Source of the DNA: Candidatus Omnitrophota bacterium
Lineage (GTDB): Bacteria; Omnitrophota; Gorgyraeia; Zapsychrales; JANLHA01
Length of the DNA: 32,000 bases
Direction: 5' to 3'
Assembly: GCA_963662715.1 (NCBI GenBank)
Contig: OY759724.1
Coordinates: forward strand, 750,001-782,000
The notes below the pieces were generated by a model. It saw only the letters and a list, made by a program, of their open reading frames with translations. It did no database searches and had not been told where the DNA came from. The translations under genes and the position numbers were made by a program. This document shows, one piece after another, positions 12,783-21,717 of the stretch; within the stretch, counting starts at the first letter, position 1; each line of letters starts with the position of its first letter.

Positions 12783-12830
12783 AGGCCGGTAGAGATCTTG
12801 CCTCTTGCTGATCTGCTGCCGGCCTTTCTT
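12783..12830. terminator. Candidate bidirectional hairpin terminator between convergent genes
   Basis: AGGCCGG (12783..12789) pairs with CCGGCCU (12819..12825), and an inner helix pairs AGAUC with GAUCU. T-rich sequence (TTTCTT) follows on the + strand and an AAA/T-rich flank lies on the other side. The stem is imperfect. Confidence 0.4.
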
Positions 12831-12919
12831 CCGTTTGCTCAACTCGGCAGGGACGGCAAAATAACGGCGGGGCTCTTCCCGGGAGGGGCAAAAGCAGAGG
12901 CCCGGCGGAGGGATAAAAG

Positions 12920-14317
12920 TTAAAGTGTCATTTCCTCCAGATAATCCGGGATCAAAATTTCACTTGGGATTTTCTGTTGCAGGGCCCCGGCAAACGCGTA
13001 GGCCGAGTCTTCTTCCGCATGGACAATAATAACTTTTTGAAGTTTGGGATTAAAATGCGTGACCCAGCGCAGGAGGTCACTCTGTCCCGCATGGGCAGAA
13101 AACCCGTTCAATGTTTCAATTCTCGCCTTAACAGGGTGCCTGTGCCCTAATATCCGGACGTCCCGGGGCTGCTCTAAAATATACCGGCCCAACGTTCCTT
13201 TGGCCTGGTACCCCACGAAAAGAATCGTGCTTTCCGGCTTGGAAATGTTATGAACGAGGTGATGTTTGATCCGGCCGCCGGTACACATGCCGGAAGACGA
13301 CATGATAATGCAGGTTCCTTTTTCATGATTGATCTCTTTGGACTCCTGAACCGAAGAAGTGAATTTCAGCATCGGCATTTGAAAAAGCGTCTTGTGCGCC
13401 CGCAGCCGTTTTTGCGCCTCCGCATCAAAATAATCAGTGTGCTTGTTGAAAACTTTCGTAATATTGATCGCCATCGGGCTGTCCATGAAAGTCCTTAATT
13501 CCGGGATACGCCCTTGTTCGACCAGTTGATTCAGGTCATACATCAATTCCTGGGCCCGGCCGATCGCAAAAGTCGGGATGACAATGTTCCCGTTTGATTT
13601 CTTCGTTGTCTTGATCACTTCCGCCAGTTTCTGAAGGGCGTCCTGCCCTTGCTCATGGTCTCTGGCCCCATACGTCGCTTCCATGACCACATAATCGGCT
13701 CTTTGAAAAAGATACGGGTCCCCGATAATGGGCCGTCCCCACCGGCCGATATCGCCGGAAAAAACAATCCGTTTCTCCTGCCCCGCATCATAAACGACAA
13801 GCTCAATCATGCTTGATCCCAGGATATGCCCGGCGTCGTAAAAAACCGCTTTGATATCCTTCTGAACATTAACTTCCGTCAAATAGTGCACGGGACTGAA
13901 GAGCGGAAAAACCTTCTCCACATCTTCAATGGTATACAAAGGCACCTCGGGATGAGGCCCGCTCCTTCCTTCCCGCTGATGTCTTTTCTTTTTGTCCTGC
14001 GCATCCGCCAGCTGCAGGTGAGCCGAATCAATCAAACTGACCTTGGAGATGTCTGCCGTCGGAGGCGTGCAGAAAATCTTTCCGCTGAAGCCGTCAGCCG
14101 CCAATTTCGGCAAATAACCGCAGTGGTCTATATGCGCGTGCGTCAAGAGAACAGCGTCAATGCCGGCGGGGTCAATGGGCAATTTATCCCAGTTACGAAA
14201 CCGGAAATCCCTCTCCTGAAAAATACCGCAATCAATCAGGATGCGGGAAGAATCCGTTTCTAAAACAAACTTTGAACCTGTGACATTTTTTGTCGCCCCC
14301 AGAAATATTATTTTCAT
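12920..14317 (-). CDS. MBL-fold metallo-hydrolase of the beta-CASP (RNase J / CPSF-like) family
   Basis: The N-terminus reads MKIIFLGATKNVTGSKFVLE...ILIDCG, and the metallo-beta-lactamase motif THAHIDHCGYLP (HxHxDH) is present. The length (465 aa) and C-terminal region (GFSAHAGQSDL) are typical of beta-CASP ribonucleases. Confidence 0.9.
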   Translation of the reverse strand: MKIIFLGATKNVTGSKFVLETDSSRILIDCGIFQERDFRFRNWDKLPIDPAGIDAVLLTHAHIDHCGYLPKLAADGFSGKIFCTPPTADISKVSLIDSAHLQLADAQDKKKRHQREGRSGPHPEVPLYTIEDVEKVFPLFSPVHYLTEVNVQKDIKAVFYDAGHILGSSMIELVVYDAGQEKRIVFSGDIGRWGRPIIGDPYLFQRADYVVMEATYGARDHEQGQDALQKLAEVIKTTKKSNGNIVIPTFAIGRAQELMYDLNQLVEQGRIPELRTFMDSPMAINITKVFNKHTDYFDAEAQKRLRAHKTLFQMPMLKFTSSVQESKEINHEKGTCIIMSSSGMCTGGRIKHHLVHNISKPESTILFVGYQAKGTLGRYILEQPRDVRILGHRHPVKARIETLNGFSAHAGQSDLLRWVTHFNPKLQKVIIVHAEEDSAYAFAGALQQKIPSEILIPDYLEEMTL

Positions 14318-14374
14318 AAACCATGTCCTTGATTTAAAACATACGGATAAAATTTTGATTATGTATCGCCGCCG

Positions 14375-15163
14375 TCAAGACCTCAGCCTCACCGTAACAG
14401 CGGTTCCTGTTGCCGCCCGCAAATAATTGCGGGCATCTCCTCCCCGCACGGATATCTCCAGGAACTCCGAACTTCCAATAACGGAACAGATTTCCCCTTC
14501 CCTGACATCCTGATAAACGCGGGACAGGCCTCTAATCCTGACGTTCTTTATCTTTATCTGCACATCGTTTTTCTTTTTCCAGGAGTTCAGGGTCTCTTCT
14601 GCAATATTCGTCACCAAATTTCCGAACCCGTCAATATAAACAACCTTTCCTTTTATGGCATCCGGCTTAACTGCGGGCAAAGCAAAATCTAACAGGGACA
14701 TGTCATTTAATACCGGCCCCAAACGGCGCAGCGGGCCCCCTTTCGAAACCCATGCGGCGGCCGGGGCGAAAATATCCCGGCCGTGAAAAGTCCGGGAAAC
14801 CGGATGAAGCGCTAACTGACGATTTTTAATCCAGATGATTTTCCTGATCCCGTTATCCTGGGCCGCAAGGCTCAAAACCCCGTTATCCGGTCCAATAAAA
14901 TAATAGTCTTTACTGCGAACCAGAATCGGCTTTCGCTCTGACCCCACCCCGGGGTCGACCACAACAAGAAAAACAGTGTTTCGGGGGAAAAAGGAATAAC
15001 TGTTTTTCAGTAAGAACGCGGCATGGAAGATATCCTGGCCCGGGACGTCATGGGAAACATCAATCCACCTTGCCTCCGGGGAAATGTTTAAAATGACGCC
15101 TTTCATCACCCCGACATAATGGTCCTGCTTTCCGAAGTCTGTTAACAAGGCAATAGGTTTCAC
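14375..15163 (-). CDS. S-adenosyl-L-methionine hydroxide adenosyltransferase family protein (DUF62 / chlorinase-fluorinase fold)
   Basis: The N-terminus IALLTDFGKQDHYVGVMKGVI, plus VVDPGVGSERKPI, GPDNGVL and FHGRDIFAP, are characteristic of the PF01887 family. The start codon is GTG at 15163, preceded by AGGAGG. Confidence 0.85.
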   Translation of the reverse strand: MKPIALLTDFGKQDHYVGVMKGVILNISPEARWIDVSHDVPGQDIFHAAFLLKNSYSFFPRNTVFLVVVDPGVGSERKPILVRSKDYYFIGPDNGVLSLAAQDNGIRKIIWIKNRQLALHPVSRTFHGRDIFAPAAAWVSKGGPLRRLGPVLNDMSLLDFALPAVKPDAIKGKVVYIDGFGNLVTNIAEETLNSWKKKNDVQIKIKNVRIRGLSRVYQDVREGEICSVIGSSEFLEISVRGGDARNYLRAATGTAVTVRLRS

Positions 15164-15436
15164 CTGACCTCCTGGTTTCTTCGTACGGGTTTAAATAAAA
15201 TTCAACATTCAACGCTTCATATTCTAATAGGATCAGGCGTATTTTGCAAAACCCTTTGTCATTTTCCAAGACAGTGGCAGCGTTTCGCAGGACACAACAT
15301 CAGATATTCACCGTTCCACCTCCTTTCGTATGGCCGGTTTTTTCTGCTTTTTTGTAAGATTCCTTTCATCATTCCTACATATAACAGCGTTATAAGTCTT
15401 TTAGTATCTTTTCAGTTATGAATTTGGAGAAATACT

Positions 15437-15868
15437 ATGAATCAATCGATAGGCATCCGGGCTCCCGTTCTTGCGGGTATATTATGCCTTGCTATACAGC
15501 AGCCGGTAGCCGATTCAGCCGTCAGCCGTCCTCCCGCCAAAGCCTACCACAGAAAAGGCCCCCGGGTTCTTTACGGCCAGGCCTCCTGGTACTCTGAAAA
15601 ATCTCCCGGGATCAGGAAAAAAACAGCTAACAATGAAATTTTTAACGATAAAAAACTGACAGCGGCTATGTGGGACGTGGCTTTTAACCAGAAGGTCAAG
15701 GTGACCAATCTGGACAATGGGAAAGCTGTGATTGTCAGGGTGAATGACCGGGGGCCGCACAGGCGTTATTATAAAAAAGGCCGGATCATCGACTTAACCA
15801 AGGTCGCCTTTGCCAGGCTGGAACATCCGAAAAAGGGACTGGTCAGTGTCGAGATGCTGAAAGACTGA
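15437..15868 (+). CDS. rlpA: RlpA-like septal ring lytic transglycosylase (DPBB domain) protein
   Basis: A signal-like N-terminus is followed by GQASWYSE...TANNEIF...LTAAMWDVAFNQKVKVTNLDNGKAVIVRVNDRGP...GRIIDLTKVAF, the RlpA double-psi beta-barrel signature. A GGAG SD lies 8 nt upstream of the ATG. Confidence 0.8.
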   Translation: MNQSIGIRAPVLAGILCLAIQQPVADSAVSRPPAKAYHRKGPRVLYGQASWYSEKSPGIRKKTANNEIFNDKKLTAAMWDVAFNQKVKVTNLDNGKAVIVRVNDRGPHRRYYKKGRIIDLTKVAFARLEHPKKGLVSVEMLKD

Positions 15869-15874
15869 TTCTTT

Positions 15875-17089
15875 CTAAGGCTGGCCGGGCTCGAACAATC
15901 CTGCGGCTTTCATTTTCCGGGCGATACACCGGGCAAAGTTACGGGAATTTTTTTCATTATAATGACAGAGGTCAACATAAAGGGATTCTTCAACCCCTTC
16001 CTGAATATCCGCACACCAAAAAAAATTTTCTCCGACAGGATGGTTTTCCATATAATCCGCCATCCGGACATATCCGTATTTCAGCAGGACATCATCAAGG
16101 ATGGGGATGGCAAATAAATAATATTGGGGGTCGTATTTATAAGTCGAAATGGGCTGCCAGACGAAAACAGGCGTAATGCGGTAAGCACGGGCAATAGATT
16201 CTATCATCTTTTTATTGGCAAGGTACTGCGGAATGACAATATCTGTGATCCGCTCTTTTAGATCATTCACCGACTTCTCGTATTTCAAATCCTCCATTTC
16301 TTCGTGAGCCAGACTTGGAGCCTGAGGTTTCTTTTTCAAATCATTTATAGCCCTGACAACCGGCCAGCGGCTCAAAGGGCCCTGCAGGGCTTCCCTCAGC
16401 GATAATGTGCCCCGGCTTTCAAAAAACCGCGTGATTTTTTCCGTAAAATAAGGACGGTCATGATAAGAAATAAACTCATTATATCCGTCAATAAATATCG
16501 CCATGTCCGGAACATATCCCCTGACAATCAATCGCAGGAAAAGGACGGCTTCCTGGGACGAATAATAATATCCGCGGCCGAAATTATAAATACGCACGGC
16601 CTTCCCGGAGGATGCCCGGGACAAGATATCCTGCAGGTGAGAAGCAATGGTCAGGGAATCCGGTAGGCCGTAATTAAAAGTCGTCGATCCGCCGAACAGA
16701 AAAATATTATAATATTTTTCATCAGGCGGCCATGGCCCCTGGTTTTTGCTGTACCGGAAACCCTCCGGGTGGACATTAACATACGTGCCCTTCAAAGCCC
16801 TTTCCGAAAACTGAGTGAAAGGTTCATACACAAAAGGCCTGTGCCAGCTTTCATGTAAAATCTTATTTATTTCTTCTTCCGAAAACTGCGGGTAAACATC
16901 TTTTATTTTCCCCCCGTATTTCCGGGAGACATAATTCTGCTGTTGGGCTCCGGACGGCTTAAAAAAGGCATCTTTAAAAGCAAAGAAACCCCACAGGCAA
17001 CAATGCAGGAACACGGCCAAAACAATGACGTTCAGCACGATGACAGCTGTGCTCTTATAAATCTGCAGGAATTTATGAATATGTTTCAT
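15875..17089 (-). CDS. Membrane-anchored SGNH/GDSL-like hydrolase or acyltransferase family protein (function tentative)
   Basis: A 404-aa ORF with an N-terminal TM helix (AVIVLNVIVLAVFLHCCLWGFFAF) and a block-I-like motif NIFLFGGSTTFNYG. The family assignment is a weak impression; the ORF itself is solid. Confidence 0.7.
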   Translation of the reverse strand: MKHIHKFLQIYKSTAVIVLNVIVLAVFLHCCLWGFFAFKDAFFKPSGAQQQNYVSRKYGGKIKDVYPQFSEEEINKILHESWHRPFVYEPFTQFSERALKGTYVNVHPEGFRYSKNQGPWPPDEKYYNIFLFGGSTTFNYGLPDSLTIASHLQDILSRASSGKAVRIYNFGRGYYYSSQEAVLFLRLIVRGYVPDMAIFIDGYNEFISYHDRPYFTEKITRFFESRGTLSLREALQGPLSRWPVVRAINDLKKKPQAPSLAHEEMEDLKYEKSVNDLKERITDIVIPQYLANKKMIESIARAYRITPVFVWQPISTYKYDPQYYLFAIPILDDVLLKYGYVRMADYMENHPVGENFFWCADIQEGVEESLYVDLCHYNEKNSRNFARCIARKMKAAGLFEPGQP

Positions 17090-17367
17090 AAGGCAAAGCC
17101 AACGGTCTTCAGTCCCCCGGGTGGCCCATTTTTCCAGAAGGGCGGACTAATAATTTTCTGCAATAATGTGCGGTACTAATTATGCCATAAATTAAACCCC
17201 GCGACAATTCATAATCAGGCAAGATCTTCTTCCTTATAATGATTCATAAAAAAGCCCCGCGCAGGCTGAGTCCCCCCCTCAATCACGACGGGACAGCAGG
17301 GAATGATGGAAGAGGAAAAAGACACACTCCGCAGATATTCTTTGTCATCTAATTAAAAAAAACGCTG

Positions 17368-17396
17368 TTAGGCAAAAACACATTTTATGATATAAT
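17368..17396 (+). promoter_or_regulatory. Candidate extended -10 promoter (TGaTATAAT) for the TRL lipoprotein gene
   Basis: TATAAT lies at 17391..17396 with TG at 17388..17389. A weak -35 (TTAGGC, 17368..17373) sits at 17-nt spacing. The element is about 60 nt upstream of the GTG start. Confidence 0.4.
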
Positions 17397-17457
17397 GTTG
17401 TCCTAACTAACGGAATAAAGGAATGTAACATCATCAACTAAAAAGGGAGGTAAAAAC

Positions 17458-17775
17458 GTGAAAAGAAAAATCTCATTACTCAGTCTTGTCCTTATCGCCA
17501 GCATCATGGTTTCCGGGTGCGCCACACTTTATCCCGTGGGCTCTTTTTACTCAGAAGTAGCCTTCCCAGCCGCTGTCGGTAATGGAGACGCAGACTACTC
17601 AAAAGTAGGTAAAGCGACAGCCAATTCCTACTTAGCGTTAATCGCTACCGGAGACTGCAGTATCGCAACGGCAGCGAAAAACGGCGGTATTACGGAAATC
17701 AAATATGTTGATTATGACGTAAAGAATATCCTCGGTATCATTGGTGAGTATACAACAGTCGTTTACGGAGACTAA
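17458..17775 (+). CDS. TRL-like family lipoprotein
   Basis: The GTG start is preceded by AGGGAGG. The protein begins MKRKISLLSLVLIASIMVSGC (lipobox). The body contains GKATANSYLALIATGDCSIATAAKNGGITEIKYVDYDVKNILGI...TTVVYGD, which matches the TRL (PF13146) pattern as I remember it. Confidence 0.85.
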   Translation: MKRKISLLSLVLIASIMVSGCATLYPVGSFYSEVAFPAAVGNGDADYSKVGKATANSYLALIATGDCSIATAAKNGGITEIKYVDYDVKNILGIIGEYTTVVYGD

Positions 17776-17790
17776 TATTATTTGACAGAT

Positions 17791-17829
17791 AAAAAAAGCA
17801 CGTTTCTTAATAGAAACGTGCTTTTTTTA
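17791..17829. terminator. Bidirectional rho-independent terminator
   Basis: A perfect 10-bp stem pairs AGCACGTTTC (17797..17806) with GAAACGTGCT (17813..17822), with a 6-nt loop. An A-run lies upstream and a T-run (17823..17829) downstream. It sits between convergent genes. Confidence 0.8.
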
Positions 17830-17840
17830 TTTATTCTCCT

Positions 17841-18914
17841 TCAGCCGTCAATGGATATTAAATCATACTCCAGATTCCCTACCCCCAACTGAGCGGCATA
17901 ATTCAACTGCTTCATTCCGTCACGTTGAGGATGCGCCTCCCTGAAAATATCTCTGCCACACACGCGCACCACAGCATCATAACAGGCTTTATCGATACTC
18001 ACCGGGTCCGGGGATGCAAACAGCCCGACATCCGGAGAAATCCGCGGATCATCTTTGGCCAGGCAGTCGCATTCTTTCGTAATCTTAACGGCAAAATTGA
18101 TAAACACGGACGGCCCGCTGCGGCCGGCTAAGACGGCGTTCGCATATTCAACCATCTTTTCCTGAATAGTCGTGCCGCCCGACTCCCAAACGACATCTAT
18201 CGCTCCGTACGGACAGGCGGCGATACAGCTGGCGCAGCCGATACAGAGCTCTCCGTCAATCAAAGATTTCTGATCACTGATCTTTATGGCATCCGCAGGA
18301 CAGACCTCCACGCATTCCCCGCAGCCGACACACGCTCCCTCTTCAACATAAGGAGACACATCGCAATGCTGGGCCAGTTTCCCTTGCCGCGATGCGCAGC
18401 CCATCCCGATATTTTTCAAAGCGCCGCCGAAACCTGTCATCAAGTGGCCTTTAAAATGAGAAATATCAACGAGAACATCCGCGTCCAAAAACAGCGGCAC
18501 CACCTTGGCGACTTGAATGAACTTCTGGTTGATCGCCACGGCTCTTTCATTCTCGGGGATATTCTCCGGGATACGGATTTCGGCTCCGGTCTTTTCAAAG
18601 GTAAAACCATGTTCTGCCGCAAGGCTCAGATGATCTTGTGAATTCGTCCTTCTTCCCCGGTATAACGTGTTGGTATCCGCCATGACCGGAACGGCGTCTT
18701 TTTTTTTGATTTCCTCCGCGATAATTTTAACCCATTCCGGTTTAACATGGCCTTTGTTCCCCTGCTCCCCGAAATGCATTTTAAGGACAGCCTGATTCCG
18801 GGGCGCTATTTGAGAGAATATCCGGCTTGTCCGAATAAGCTTCCGTAATTTCTCCTGCACCGCAGAGACGCTGTCTGAATTCTGCACTTTAATAAAGTAT
18901 ACTGGACTTTTCAT
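17841..18914 (-). CDS. DUF362 domain protein with embedded 4Fe-4S dicluster ferredoxin domain
   Basis: Two ferredoxin motifs are present: CVGCGECVEVCP and CIGCASCIAACP. The flanking sequence (VYFIKV...LKMHFGE.GN...MADTNTLY..RR.N) is typical of DUF362. I place the start at ATG 18914, preceded by GAGGGAG. Confidence 0.85.
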   Translation of the reverse strand: MKSPVYFIKVQNSDSVSAVQEKLRKLIRTSRIFSQIAPRNQAVLKMHFGEQGNKGHVKPEWVKIIAEEIKKKDAVPVMADTNTLYRGRRTNSQDHLSLAAEHGFTFEKTGAEIRIPENIPENERAVAINQKFIQVAKVVPLFLDADVLVDISHFKGHLMTGFGGALKNIGMGCASRQGKLAQHCDVSPYVEEGACVGCGECVEVCPADAIKISDQKSLIDGELCIGCASCIAACPYGAIDVVWESGGTTIQEKMVEYANAVLAGRSGPSVFINFAVKITKECDCLAKDDPRISPDVGLFASPDPVSIDKACYDAVVRVCGRDIFREAHPQRDGMKQLNYAAQLGVGNLEYDLISIDG

Positions 18915-18979
18915 GATGACTCCCTCTATATCGTTTCTCAATTATCCGAAATACCCAAGGGCTGCGTCCGCCTTTCTTG

Positions 18980-20311
18980 TCACAGGGACACGCGTCTCTT
19001 GATTCTCTTTTTAGACGGGTTAAAATATCCCGTCATGATGCGGGGATACGTTTTCTTAACAAATCGTATCAGCTTCGGTATGTCCCACAACGCCTCAGGG
19101 GCGGGATGAAACCGAAGCAAACGGAAATAAGCCCGGGGATCGTAATTCAGATTCCGCCATTGAATCATATCAACAGGATATGCCGCCAGAAACTTCTGAA
19201 GAGCCGCAACTTCCTGACGGGAATCCGTAAAACCTGGGATGATCAAATAATTCAAAGAAATAAAAGCCCCCCGCTTCCGGGCAACCCTGACGGATTTCTT
19301 CACGTCCTTGAATGAATAATCTTTCGGCTGATAATAGCGTTCATAATACTTCGTTTGAACGCTGTTGAGGCTCACCCGGATGCTGTCCAGGCCGGCGTCC
19401 AAAAGCTTCGCAATCATACGGGGCCGGCTGGCATTGGTGTTTAAATTAATAATCCCTTTTCTGGTTTTGCTCCGGATGAGTTTAACGGCTTTTTCGATCA
19501 CCGGTCCCGCCAGCAGCGGTTCTCCTTCACAGCCCTGCCCGAAACTGACCACCGGGTCCTTCACGTGGAGGATATGAAACAGGGCCACCTCGGCGATTTC
19601 CTCCGGGCTGGGCACAAAACGGATACGCGGCTGCGTGACAGGGCACGTGCCGCCGGGCTGCAGAGAAAGACACCCGGCACACTGCGCGTTGCAGGACGGC
19701 GATGTCGGCAGCGGGCCTTCATATCTTTTGAGAAAGAAATTCTTGGCCGCCGGGCACTGATTGACAAGGGCACAGTTTTCCAAATGCCGCACCAGCCTGT
19801 TTTTGGGGAACATTTTTTCAAATATTTTCACGTTTCTGCGAACCCGTTTCATATCCATAAAACGGACATCCTGACGGAGTTCCCGGTCAACACGTATCCC
19901 GCTGACATAGAAATCCCCCTCATAGAAGGCCACCGCAGCGTAGGCAAAAAGCGGCAGCAACCCCGTGTGCGGAATTTCAAGATACGCGGCATTCTCCGTC
20001 ACTGTATATCCCGGCGCCATAAAAGCCGCCACAGCATAACAGGGCTCGGGGCCTTTTGTGTTAAATGGATTTTGTTCCAAAGAGACAAATTCCCGCGATT
20101 CAGGATCAAAACCTACGGGGAACCGGTCAGGCAACATAAAAAGCTGACTGCCGTAAGGCAGTTTCGTCATCCGGGATAAACGGAGCCGGCTGTAATGCCC
20201 GCCCCGCATTCCGGCGGAAGCCAGGAAAGGCACATTGTAAATACGGCCCTCTTTATCTGCGACACACAATTCCGGGTAACGCGCCCGGGAGGATACGACA
20301 CTCATCGTCAT
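18980..20311 (-). CDS. Radical SAM protein with ~200-aa N-terminal extension
   Basis: The CX3CX2C motif SCNAQCAGC lies at about nt 19668..19697, and a downstream GQGCEGEPLL glycine-rich SAM motif is present. The SD AAGAGGAAA overlaps the stop of the upstream gene, suggesting translational coupling. Confidence 0.85.
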   Translation of the reverse strand: MTMSVVSSRARYPELCVADKEGRIYNVPFLASAGMRGGHYSRLRLSRMTKLPYGSQLFMLPDRFPVGFDPESREFVSLEQNPFNTKGPEPCYAVAAFMAPGYTVTENAAYLEIPHTGLLPLFAYAAVAFYEGDFYVSGIRVDRELRQDVRFMDMKRVRRNVKIFEKMFPKNRLVRHLENCALVNQCPAAKNFFLKRYEGPLPTSPSCNAQCAGCLSLQPGGTCPVTQPRIRFVPSPEEIAEVALFHILHVKDPVVSFGQGCEGEPLLAGPVIEKAVKLIRSKTRKGIINLNTNASRPRMIAKLLDAGLDSIRVSLNSVQTKYYERYYQPKDYSFKDVKKSVRVARKRGAFISLNYLIIPGFTDSRQEVAALQKFLAAYPVDMIQWRNLNYDPRAYFRLLRFHPAPEALWDIPKLIRFVKKTYPRIMTGYFNPSKKRIKRRVSL

Positions 20312-20319
20312 TTTCCTCT

Positions 20320-21627
20320 TTATTTTTCAATGTCCAAAATATCTATTTTTAAAATTTTCAACCGAACCATCTGTTCTTTTGTGAGGATGTCCGAGAGCTT
20401 TCTTTCGACGTCTTTCTTAATCTTATTGATCTCCTCCAGGTACGTCGTACGGCCTCCCGGGACAGAAAGGCTCAACAGCTCCAGAAACTTCTGCATCTTC
20501 TTGATATCCTGCAGATCGGAAGATTCGAGATCCTGGATTTCCTGAATCATGTTGCGATGATCTTTCCTCGGCTTTTGCAGAAGATCCCACATGCGCACCT
20601 TTCCGGAATAGATGACGTCCCAAACAGGCAGTTTTTGCCGCTGCTCCATCTCCAGCTGTAAGGCCAAATTCTGCATCGTCGGCTTTTTCTTCGGCACGTA
20701 TTCTTCCCGCCGTCTTTTCCCCCCTTGTTTTGTTAGGCTCTGTAAATGCGCCTCCAGGAGAGGAAGAACACGCGGGTTTAGAAGATATTGCCCGGCTCGT
20801 GATAACCCGCCGTGCATAGCGGAATTCAATTCAAGGAAATCATTAAACTTCCGGGATATTTCTTCATAATAATGAACCATTTGCTTGGCTAAACGTGTTT
20901 TATGTATTAACACATCCTCCTCGGTCATCCGCCTCGCTTCCTCCGCAACGGAAAGCAGTCTTTTTCTCTCCTGCTCTTTCTCCTCCGGAGCCATCACCCC
21001 GAAGTGCACTTCCCGGTCAAAAAGCAGATTATCGACAAAATCCTCCACAAAACTTTCATAGGCTTTCGGAGGCAAACGGTTGATGAGCAGCAGAATGTTC
21101 TCGATGGCTGACAAGTCCGAACCGGCCTGCCCGGCGCGGATAGGATTGGAAAGTTCCTGGGGCGGAATAATACAGGGCTGAAATCGCTGAATGATATATT
21201 TCTGACTGTCGTCCAAGATATCGTTCAGACGGCGGTCGAAGTCTTTTATATCGGCATAAAAGCCCTGCTGCTGCATCTTCAGCTGTTGCTCGATATCCTG
21301 GACTTTCTTCTGTTCACCGGCGGAAAAGCCTTCATTAGCCTGAAGAACCGTCTTAAACTCTTTTAGAACGAGAAGATATTGATCCTGAAGTTTTTGGTTC
21401 CGGGCAACAAACGCATCCCGGGTCTTTTGGACCTCCGCGGCCAGGGCGATCAGCTCTTCGACCTGATCCGCGGTTAAATATATCCCGTTTAAAAGGTTCA
21501 GCAGGCTGACATCTTCAGTGACGGCTGCGATCTCTTTTGTTTCCAGGACGTTCAACCAGTCTTCAGCGCTCACAGACCGGTAAACAAAAAAACAGAATAT
21601 TAAAAAAAATAAAAAAAATTTTTTCAT
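20320..21627 (-). CDS. Secreted coiled-coil protein with LTxxQ (Spy/CpxP-like) motifs
   Basis: The signal peptide is MKKFFLFFLIFCFFVYRSVSA/ED. The body is highly charged and helical, with LTADQ near the N-terminus and LTKEQ near the C-terminus, like the periplasmic LTXXQ-motif family. This assignment is tentative. Confidence 0.7.
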   Translation of the reverse strand: MKKFFLFFLIFCFFVYRSVSAEDWLNVLETKEIAAVTEDVSLLNLLNGIYLTADQVEELIALAAEVQKTRDAFVARNQKLQDQYLLVLKEFKTVLQANEGFSAGEQKKVQDIEQQLKMQQQGFYADIKDFDRRLNDILDDSQKYIIQRFQPCIIPPQELSNPIRAGQAGSDLSAIENILLLINRLPPKAYESFVEDFVDNLLFDREVHFGVMAPEEKEQERKRLLSVAEEARRMTEEDVLIHKTRLAKQMVHYYEEISRKFNDFLELNSAMHGGLSRAGQYLLNPRVLPLLEAHLQSLTKQGGKRRREEYVPKKKPTMQNLALQLEMEQRQKLPVWDVIYSGKVRMWDLLQKPRKDHRNMIQEIQDLESSDLQDIKKMQKFLELLSLSVPGGRTTYLEEINKIKKDVERKLSDILTKEQMVRLKILKIDILDIEK

Positions 21628-21717
21628 CGATCGGCTCGCGGGGACGGATGCCCCGATTTTATTTGTATATGAATGAAATATTTTATCCCCGAGGGATTAA
21701 ACAGACGGGATGAAACC

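Noticed and set aside
12538-12891. A minus-strand 117-aa ORF opposite the small secreted-protein gene.
   Set aside because: It is antisense to a better-supported gene (SD plus signal peptide), spans the terminator hairpin, and has an Arg/Pro-rich composition typical of spurious frames.
14375-15163. The adjacency of the DUF62 SAM hydroxide adenosyltransferase and the beta-CASP RNase as a possible functional pair.
   Set aside because: They share a strand and lie 57 nt apart, but I know of no functional link, and both are common housekeeping-type genes. There is nothing in the sequence to build on.
15317-15327. A strong SD-like AAAGGAGGTGG on the minus strand in the DUF62/rlpA divergent intergenic region, and track ORF 15060..15269.
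   Set aside because: The only starts at suitable spacing give a 3-codon ORF (GTG AAT ATC TGA). The 69-aa track ORF overlaps the DUF62 start out of frame and has no SD. This is probably chance or part of a leader structure.
19565-20179. A + strand 204-aa ORF. Similar long antisense ORFs occur at 10659..11156 (165 aa), 28304..28921 (205 aa), 13826..14263 (145 aa) and 23131..23544 (137 aa).
   Set aside because: Each lies entirely inside a minus-strand gene with clear family signatures or strong coding features. Their Arg/Gly/Pro-rich translations have no recognisable motifs.
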